Below are positions 8,267 to 14,728 of a stretch of DNA of 14,728 nt, one piece after another (position 1 is the stretch's first letter; every line of letters starts with the position of its first letter). This DNA comes from Amoeboradix gromovi X-113 (lineage: Eukaryota > Fungi > Sanchytriomycota). Where the stretch lies: the NCBI GenBank assembly GCA_018985225.1, contig JADGIF010000206.1, positions 1 through 14,728 of the forward strand, in the 5' to 3' direction. The position numbers and the translations under genes were made by a program. Under the pieces are notes generated by a model, which did not search any database, was not told the DNA's origin, and worked only from the letters and a program-made list of their open reading frames with translations.

Positions 8267-9076
8267 ATGCTATTTCTGGTAGTCTTTTCCCTCATCATCC
8301 AGTTTAACAAGCTGACTACACTGACCGTTAAAGGAAAGCATAGGCAGGTATATTGCGCGACGAAGGGGAAAACAAATAGGCATGCAAAACTAATTTATTT
8401 CTTTCATGGGGCCAACGAAAATTACGCCAAGTTTTTGAGTTCTTATTGGTATAGTATTATTCCTGAAAACACTATAGTGTGCGCACCAAAAAGCGAAATT
8501 GGACCTGGGTATTTTGAGTGGCATTTGGTGCTAACTGATAAGAAGGATGACTTATACCTTATGGATTCTATTAGGCATGATCTTAAAGAAAAGTTCGACC
8601 TAAATCATATACATCTAATGGGTTTTAGTGCAGGTGGTATACATGCTGCACACTCTGCATTTCTAAGAAGCTACTATTTGAAGTCAGTGGTAATATTCTC
8701 TGGGGGATTCATACTGCAGCAGAGTTATAATGTGACCAATATGACTCCTAGTTTAATATACAACGGTGGAAGTAATGATTCAGTGGCAATAGTTAGTTTT
8801 CTGACTGCAGGAAATCGGTTTATTTCGGAAGCCATGTGCCACAATGCAAGAGTGTATGCCTGCAGTCATAATGAAGGGCATAAAATACCCCACTTGGCTG
8901 CAAAGGATGCTTTGGCTTTTATAAATAGTGATCCAACTAAGAATGTTAGATTGAGTAGCAATTGTTTTTTAAAACAGAGTTCAATAAGAGCCAATAGTGA
9001 GATGCTCAAGCATACTAATACAAGCAGCGGTGTCAATTCTTTGCTGTTGCATTGTTTAATAAGCCTTTTCTTTTAA
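8267..9076 (+). CDS. Secreted alpha/beta-hydrolase (esterase; PHB-depolymerase/feruloyl-esterase-like), probable GPI anchor; paralog 1
   Basis: FFHG oxyanion motif, nucleophile GFSAGG, acid GGSND, His CSHNEGHKIP. Short signal MLFLVVFSLII from ATG 8267 (alternative ATG 8204). Hydrophobic C-tail after SSG. Confidence 0.85.
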   Translation: MLFLVVFSLIIQFNKLTTLTVKGKHRQVYCATKGKTNRHAKLIYFFHGANENYAKFLSSYWYSIIPENTIVCAPKSEIGPGYFEWHLVLTDKKDDLYLMDSIRHDLKEKFDLNHIHLMGFSAGGIHAAHSAFLRSYYLKSVVIFSGGFILQQSYNVTNMTPSLIYNGGSNDSVAIVSFLTAGNRFISEAMCHNARVYACSHNEGHKIPHLAAKDALAFINSDPTKNVRLSSNCFLKQSSIRANSEMLKHTNTSSGVNSLLLHCLISLFF

Positions 9077-9108
9077 ATATTTTTTCGGCGTACCGTCGTC
9101 AACGCTCG

Positions 9109-9903
9109 ATGATTTATATCACTGTTCAAATTATTTTTGCTTTTTTAGCAAATCAGTCAAACAAAATAAAAGTAAACAACGTAGATAGGTCATACTACGT
9201 TGCCCAAAAAGGTAACCCTACGACTCTTATAGTTTACTGGCATCGCACAGGTGGTACTAGTGATGAATTTTTGGTTCAACCTTGGTATACATTGATGACT
9301 GATGCGCTAGTAGCTTCCCCCGATAGTATTCTAACCGCCTCTCGATTTGAATGGTACCTGGTAAGCAGTACGGATTTATCAGATGTTAACTTATTTGACT
9401 CGATTCTTTCAGAAATCAAAGTTGACAAAGTCTATGTCGCAGGATTTTCTGCTGGAGGAATTATGGCATCATACTTAGCTTTTTTGCGGGCAGATAAAAT
9501 TCTGAAGGCTGGGATAATGTCCGGCGGCTTTACATATTCGCAAAATTACAACAATGTACAAAGCATCCCAAAAGTTCTAATTTATAGTGGCGGCCCAACA
9601 GATGTAATAGCTATCACTAACTTTACAGTAAGTACAAATATATTTTTAGAGAGTGTCAAATATACCAATTCAGACATCTACGTATGCGCTCATAAAGAAG
9701 GGCACACTATTGCACCGGTGGAAGCTGGGGATATTTATTATTTTTTTGCAGATCAACCTGGGAATATCAGCAAATCTTGCACAAGTTATTCCTTTAAATA
9801 TTCAATCAAGCCGAAACAAACAAGTGATGCCTCTGAGTGGAGTGAATATTTTATGTTTTACATTCTGCTGCCTTTAATGTTCTTTGCGGATCATCCGTTT
9901 TAA
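9109..9903 (+). CDS. Secreted alpha/beta-hydrolase, tandem paralog 2
   Basis: GFSAGG, SGGF, GGPTD and CAHKEGHTI, collinear with paralog 1 (FEW.LV, AFLR). Signal MIYITVQIIFA; hydrophobic C-tail. Confidence 0.85.
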   Translation: MIYITVQIIFAFLANQSNKIKVNNVDRSYYVAQKGNPTTLIVYWHRTGGTSDEFLVQPWYTLMTDALVASPDSILTASRFEWYLVSSTDLSDVNLFDSILSEIKVDKVYVAGFSAGGIMASYLAFLRADKILKAGIMSGGFTYSQNYNNVQSIPKVLIYSGGPTDVIAITNFTVSTNIFLESVKYTNSDIYVCAHKEGHTIAPVEAGDIYYFFADQPGNISKSCTSYSFKYSIKPKQTSDASEWSEYFMFYILLPLMFFADHPF

Positions 9904-9945
9904 TAAATCATTTATATCAATTCTCTCCTTGACGCTTCAAATTTT

Positions 9946-10182
9946 ATGGCACCCCATTTTCTTACAAACTTTACACCAGATAGTGCTATAGAAAGATGGG
10001 TAGCATTTAGAGACGGATTTGATCATTATTTCAGGTGGAACTCATCAAATGCTAGATATATTTTAAGCAGAGTAATAGTAATTCCTGGAATAATGGGTTA
10101 CCTATTTTACCACGAAAACAGAAGATTCAATCCGTGGAATGATGTGAGAAATCGCTTAAATAAAGAATATTTGGAGGCTTAA
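9946..10182 (+). CDS. NDUFB4: Mitochondrial complex I accessory subunit NDUFB4 (B15)-like
   Basis: D.AIERW...R.....YFRW....A motif followed by one TM segment, as in fungal NDUFB4. Confidence 0.8.
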   Translation: MAPHFLTNFTPDSAIERWVAFRDGFDHYFRWNSSNARYILSRVIVIPGIMGYLFYHENRRFNPWNDVRNRLNKEYLEA

Positions 10183-10596
10183 TTAATCGTTTATTGACGT
10201 GTACTGGCTAGCAGGAGTATCCGTTTTGTCTTCAGGTTTTGATGTATGCGATTCAGAATCAATTACCTGACCCTCCCTTAAAATCTTTCTCTTCCGATAA
10301 TATTCGGCTTTCGGCTGTGGATCTAACACGCCAGGCTTTCTTCCAATTGATTTGTATTTTTTGGTTCTATTGCCAAACTCTTTTGCAGACTCCTCTTTAA
10401 TGGTCAACGGCTCTCCCTCTACGCAGACTCTGTTGCCCTTTCTAGGTTCAAATAAAGTGCTGTGTTCAGCTTGTCCATAAAACGTGTACATCGTAAATGT
10501 AGCACTCTGAATTGTTTTTTTTAAATCCGAAATGAGGGACATGCTCTGTGAAAGTATGTATACTGGGGTAAAGCGGACGGCAAAAAGAAAAAACAT
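10183..10596 (-). CDS. Small basic protein, possibly mitochondrial (weak resemblance to mitoribosomal mS33); start uncertain (10626/10596/10542)
   Basis: Stop-free ORF whose stop abuts the NDUFB4 stop. Presequence-like MFFLFAVRF, FYGQ...EPRKGNRV and a basic C-terminal half. Confidence 0.55.
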   Translation of the reverse strand: MFFLFAVRFTPVYILSQSMSLISDLKKTIQSATFTMYTFYGQAEHSTLFEPRKGNRVCVEGEPLTIKEESAKEFGNRTKKYKSIGRKPGVLDPQPKAEYYRKRKILREGQVIDSESHTSKPEDKTDTPASQYTSIND

Positions 10597-10662
10597 TTTC
10601 GGAGGTTGTGTGTACAAAATTGTCATTTTCCAAGCAAGGCAATTCGATTATAAATCTACAAT

Positions 10663-11439
10663 TTATTCATCGGAAAGTTCGTCGGAGTAAACATCTTTGA
10701 CCTCTTGCCTTCTCGCTCTTCGTCTAGGTCGATTCGTTCGGCTAAATTCATCATTCCTAGGCAATTCATCTTCAGAATAAACATCTTCTTTTTCGACTCT
10801 TTCTCTTCTTTGTCTTTTGTAACCTCTTCTGGATTTTTCAGGCTTGTACTGGACATGCTGTCGAATTAAATTGATGTCTTGATCAATTTCTATCTGCTTC
10901 ATTCTCTCTCCAGGCTTTGAAAGCGCCTTCTTTTTGTGCATACTCAACTTTTCTAAGATTTCTTCCGGGGATTCAGCACTATTTAGCAGCATCTTGGTAT
11001 AAGGAAGAGTAGTGTCCTTGGAGTTTCTACTTTGGTCTTTCCTATTAAAAGAAGTAACCGTGTTCTGGTCTTTATCTTTGTCTAGAACCCTTTTCCGCTC
11101 GTTCAAAACTTCCATAAATGTTCCGAATATTGACTCTGAAAGTTTGATGAAATCGGAGTGAATTAAACTGTTCATTTGTTCGTGTGAGTCGATTGCCTCG
11201 CTTTTGACACTCTCATAGTATTCTTCCAGTTCCTTGATTTCCTCGTTGCGGTGCTGGTTCAAGAGCTCCTCATAATAAGCCAAGAGTGTATGTTTGTTTT
11301 GTGCCAATAGATTCAATTCCTCTTCTAAAACTTTGAGCTCCTTTTGATGATGATCTTCCTTTCTTAACTTCTTAACTTCATCAGACACCTGCCAATAACG
11401 TTTTTCAGAATCTTTAATTCCAAGATTACTCCCACTCAT
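10663..11439 (-). CDS. Sds3-like (Sin3/Rpd3L HDAC complex) coiled-coil protein
   Basis: L..LEEEL..L....H..L......L...R.EEI...Y..., LNERKR.L.KD and EIDQDI.LIR match the Sds3/BRMS1 pattern. First ATG at 11439. Confidence 0.75.
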   Translation of the reverse strand: MSGSNLGIKDSEKRYWQVSDEVKKLRKEDHHQKELKVLEEELNLLAQNKHTLLAYYEELLNQHRNEEIKELEEYYESVKSEAIDSHEQMNSLIHSDFIKLSESIFGTFMEVLNERKRVLDKDKDQNTVTSFNRKDQSRNSKDTTLPYTKMLLNSAESPEEILEKLSMHKKKALSKPGERMKQIEIDQDINLIRQHVQYKPEKSRRGYKRQRRERVEKEDVYSEDELPRNDEFSRTNRPRRRARRQEVKDVYSDELSDE

Positions 11440-11569
11440 GATGTTAGGCGTTTCAGAAGGGATTTGCAACACTACGAAACATAGAACAATACAAGGCTAG
11501 TTGTATTAATGGAAGCAAAATTGTAGATCTTTAACATAATATTTGAATAGATAGAATGGTTTTACTTGA

Positions 11570-12707
11570 TTAGCTAGATTTCGGATGAGTTAAATCCTGT
11601 CCCATAATACTAGACAAGTTGGAGGAGTATCTTTTGTAATGGCTGTGCCTAGATGAATGGAATGAGACTAGTGCTGCAATCGCTCCAACAAAAAATGCAC
11701 CAAATATAAATCCGATAAAACTATAGTCAACTGGTGCTTCATTAGCGTCTATCGTTTTCGAGTTCTGGGATGTTTTATCTATGTTAAACAAAAATACATG
11801 GACTAGATATAGAATATATGTTAAAACAATTCCCTAGTGGATAAGAAGTAAAAAATTGTTTGTCGGTAAATGCCATCGATTTTCCAAACCCTGTGTTGGC
11901 AGTCCCATAAAGTTGTTCCAACGTGTAATATGGAATTCCGTCTTTAGGTTTAAGAAACCTGGACTCTTCTGAAAACGATTGGCCAGGTAAGTTTCTGCTT
12001 AATATTGTCACTAGTGGTTTATCGGGGTCCGATATGGATAAAAATTGTCCGTCTCTTGAAGTCGATATGTGCTGTCCACTAATTGGTATTGTTTCCCTCT
12101 TCTTCAAAGACGCTTTATCATGAAGTGCTATTTTGTCATTGTACTGTATCACAAGGTAAGCATCATTTATTACGGCATTTATATTGCCACTTATGGAAAC
12201 AGAAGCACTCCGCACTAATTTATCTAGACTTACAGTGAAAAGTGTAAGCTCGGAGCCTAAAGTATAGATATTGGCGTGTACATCACATACAAGATACTTA
12301 GCAACTATCGGAGAGTAATCTACAGGAACTAAGACGCCTTCATTGATTTTAAATATTCGCAATGAGCCATTAGACAAAACTGTTACATATGAACCACACA
12401 TTTGTACGTCTTCAAATTCTAAACCAAAGTTGTACCAGTTCGATTGATAAACGGAAACTGAGTTGCAATCTTTCGATGTAATTACTATATCATTTCCGGA
12501 GGAAGACATAGTGTATCCAAAAAAGCCAACGCAAGGTCCATCACGATGACCCATTATAGAAAAATCGGAATTATATTGCCAAATTGTATTTTCTACAAAG
12601 GGAGACGAAACAATAACAGTATTATTTTGGAGCGTTTCGATATTCCAGCCAAATAAACCATTATTCGTTGGTATGGTTGAGCAAGAATTTTTTAAGAGTT
12701 TGAACAT
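11570..12707 (-). CDS. FG-GAP-like beta-propeller protein with a C-terminal TM helix; join(12707..11798,11778..11570), 372 aa
   Basis: FG-GAP-like repeats (LFGWNI..VIVSSP, FFGYTM..IVITSK, GFGKSMAF..FTSYP). A 19-nt GT-AG intron fuses the two ORF-track ORFs in frame and adds the TM segment FIGFIFGAFFVGAIAALVSF. Confidence 0.7.
11779..11797 (-). other. 19-nt spliceosomal intron
   Basis: gtatttttgtttaacatag; removal gives SP-Y-KTSQN in frame. Confidence 0.75.
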
Positions 12708-12747
12708 AATGAAACTCTAATGCGACGACATTCTTAACAAAAATAAT

Positions 12748-13539
12748 TTATTTTAACAATTTCTTAAGCTTGTCGGCTGGCGCGCCTCTTTTAGAAAATG
12801 TTGCATTAGTGGCCTTTTTAGTGTCAGAATCCACATCAATCTTTCTCTTTTTGAAATTTGTTGGAATATCAACAGAAAGAAGTGATTCACGCTTTTGCGG
12901 TGTTTCTGGTATGAAATCTGATGACGGTTCTCTGACTATAGTCTTTTTAGCAGCTCTTTTTCTATTAGCTTTTGCAGTTGGTTTCACTGTGGTTTTTGAT
13001 GCTGCTTTGACCTTTGGCTTTGCTGCTGTAGTTCTAGTCTTTCTTGAAGTAGCGGGCTTAACTTCCCTATCAGTTGTTTTCTCCAAATTAAGTTTCCTTT
13101 CCATAATTTCATTCTCTACAAGTTTTTTAGTGTTAATACTTGGGGATGCTGCTGTGTCCTGCAATTCGCGATCAGCAGAAGTAACACTTTGTCGTTTTTG
13201 AGCCACAAGCTCATCTGTCTGCATGTATTGATCTTTGGTATCAGTTTCTGCTTGCAGTATTTGGTCTTTCCTAAAGAGCTCCTGCTGAACATATTGATCT
13301 TTTACATTAACTTCTGTCTGCACGGTATGGTCATAAGTGCTTACCGCATCATTTGTCATTATACCAAACTCAACCATATTTGCTTTGGGTCTTTTCAAGA
13401 CAATTTTGGATTTGTTTTCTTTGATATAGTCTTGGACATACTTGGATAACTTGCTGTTCTCAAAGAACATTTGCTCAAATGTCACCTTCTTTAGTCCTGA
13501 TGGCATATCTTTAAAAAGCCTTTGTAAATGAGCAGACAT
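12748..13539 (-). CDS. Uncharacterised, largely disordered protein with an 11-aa tandem repeat of LC8-binding-type motifs and a K/A/T-rich basic region
   Basis: 263-aa ORF with repeats YDHTVQTE/KDQYVQQE/KDQILQAE/KDQYMQTD, an IPETP motif and KKRK. AATAAA overlaps the stop. Confidence 0.75.
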   Translation of the reverse strand: MSAHLQRLFKDMPSGLKKVTFEQMFFENSKLSKYVQDYIKENKSKIVLKRPKANMVEFGIMTNDAVSTYDHTVQTEVNVKDQYVQQELFRKDQILQAETDTKDQYMQTDELVAQKRQSVTSADRELQDTAASPSINTKKLVENEIMERKLNLEKTTDREVKPATSRKTRTTAAKPKVKAASKTTVKPTAKANRKRAAKKTIVREPSSDFIPETPQKRESLLSVDIPTNFKKRKIDVDSDTKKATNATFSKRGAPADKLKKLLK

Positions 13540-13569
13540 TTTGTGTTACTTGGAGATAAATTTATTTAT

Positions 13570-14417
13570 TCAAATTCCTTTTAAGTTCATTAACAGACTC
13601 GATTTGTCACCAGCAGGAAGAAAAGTAACATTTGAGGATTTTGATAGTGTTTCGGCAATTGCTTTGCTTGTATCTATCATCCTAAGTTGGACAAGACCAT
13701 CCCCAGCCTTTTCTAACGCTGAGCTAATTAAAGTTGCCGCTTCTGCCTCACCTTCAGCTCTCACGATATTAGCCAGCTTCTCTTGCTCCGCTTTCTCCAC
13801 TATGAATTTCGCTCTTTCCTAAATGAATTATTAAATACCGCATCCTGCTGCGCAATTTGCTTTTGTTCCACAGCTTCGGTAAACTCTTTTCCGAATACCA
13901 TATGAGTAATGGAGACGTCTTCTAAAACTATAGAGAATTCTTTGGCTCTTTCCATAAGTTGCACTCTGATTTGTTCAGATACATCTTCTCTTTGGGTAAT
14001 CAACTGGCTACAATCAAACTGCGCAACCACAGATTTAAGGACTTCGTTACCAATGGAAGGTAGGACTCTTTCATTGTAATCAGTTCCCAAGGTTTGATAA
14101 ATGACGGGCAGTCTTTCCTCAATAGGTCTATGTAACACTCGCAGTGACAAACTGACATTTTGAAGGTCTCTACTCCCAGTAACTGTAGATATTGTTCTAG
14201 CTTGAATTTTTGCATCAAATAAAACCACTTTTTGCAGTATTGGGATGATGAAATGGGTGCCTTCATATGTGATATCTGGCAGTACACCTCGCAGCCTATC
14301 AAATTTAACTGCTCTGTATCCCGCAGGTACATCGTATATACTAAGCTGCACTGCGCTAAAAGTAGCGCCAGCTACTACTGCCAACTTACCAAAAGAATCC
14401 AAAAATCTTGCAGACAT
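13570..14417 (-). CDS. PHB1: Prohibitin 1; join(14417..13839,13818..13570), 275 aa
   Basis: SPFH motifs YDV.AG.RAV.FDRL.GV, TGSRDLQNV, YNERVLPSIGNEVLKSVVAQFD and EFTEAVEQKQIAQQDA|ERAKFIVEKAEQE after intron removal. Confidence 0.96.
13819..13838 (-). other. 20-nt spliceosomal intron in PHB1
   Basis: gtatttaataattcatttag; removal restores the conserved AQQDAERAKF. Confidence 0.93.
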
Positions 14418-14493
14418 GTTTTCTCCGTTGGCGTGAAAGTGAAAAAGACAAAAAATAAACTCTCAATATCGTAGGACTTCTTTTTATTGGTAG

Positions 14494-14728
14494 TGGTATT
14501 TTGTCACCATTCAACACTTTGCAGATCTACGACTCAGAGCAATTTTATCGCATCAGAATATGCGAAATGAAAAGAACTCAAAGCTCATTAGAGTTGCGAC
14601 CATTCAAAACAATATGATGTGTCCAACACTTGTAGTAGCTGCAAGCGTTATGAAAGGATTCAATCGTTGCGTCAATTGCCAGCAATGCGGTCACCAAGAC
14701 CATAGAGATATCAATCCAGGTACTTCAA
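14494..14728 (+). mobile_element. Frameshifted TnpB/Fanzor-like C-terminal relic (zinc finger plus RuvC-III), running off the window end
   Basis: Frame A RAILSHQ...NSKLIRV, then frame B VSNTCSSCKRYERIQSLRQ (CSSC at 14631-14642), then frame A CQQCGHQDHRDINPG (14677-14721). Confidence 0.7.

Noticed and set aside
12770-13449. Plus-strand ORFs 12770-13201 and 13189-13449, and other short antisense or alternative-frame ORFs (2100, 2198, 4726, 9653, 10656, 13541, 14000, 14232, 14245)
   Set aside because: Shadows of real genes, with no motifs and mostly non-ATG starts.
13800-13838. PHB1 as a split gene, pseudogene or programmed frameshift
   Set aside because: A clean GT-AG 20-nt excision restores the exact conserved sequence.
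1-14728. Alternative genetic code (TAA/TAG read as Gln, as in some aphelids and ciliates)
   Set aside because: Long conserved genes have no internal TAR, and several end at TAA at the expected C-terminus. Stops in the gaps include TGA and co-occur with frameshifts, which indicates decay.
1-14728. tRNA, rRNA, CRISPR array or prokaryotic operon
   Set aside because: None recognisable. The four repeat copies are irregularly spaced and in mixed orientation, and the gene content is eukaryotic.

Overview
AT-rich, very gene-dense eukaryotic nuclear DNA. It looks fungal-like/opisthokont (fungal-type prohibitin, NDUFB4, QNS1), uses the standard genetic code and retains a complex I subunit. There are about 15 protein-coding genes: a small GPI-type secreted protein, an ITFG1/LINKIN homolog, glutamine-dependent NAD+ synthetase, a reduced Elp4-like protein, a METTL25/RRNAD1-family methyltransferase, DPH3/KTI11, two tandem secreted alpha/beta-hydrolases, NDUFB4, a possible mitoribosomal protein, an Sds3-like protein, an FG-GAP-like membrane protein, a protein with tandem LC8-type motifs, and PHB1. 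Most spacers are 0-42 bp, AATAAA is often fused to the stop codon, and two frame-restoring GT-AG introns are only 19 and 20 nt long. The four larger gaps hold decayed relics. The last ~230 bp contain a frameshifted TnpB/Fanzor C-terminus (CxxC...CxxCG...HRDIN). Four copies of an unknown CxxC...GTSNIK coding module lie at 1-390 and 2640-3443, and a possible LTR-integrase fragment lies at ~7545-7780. All calls are by eye; no searches were run.
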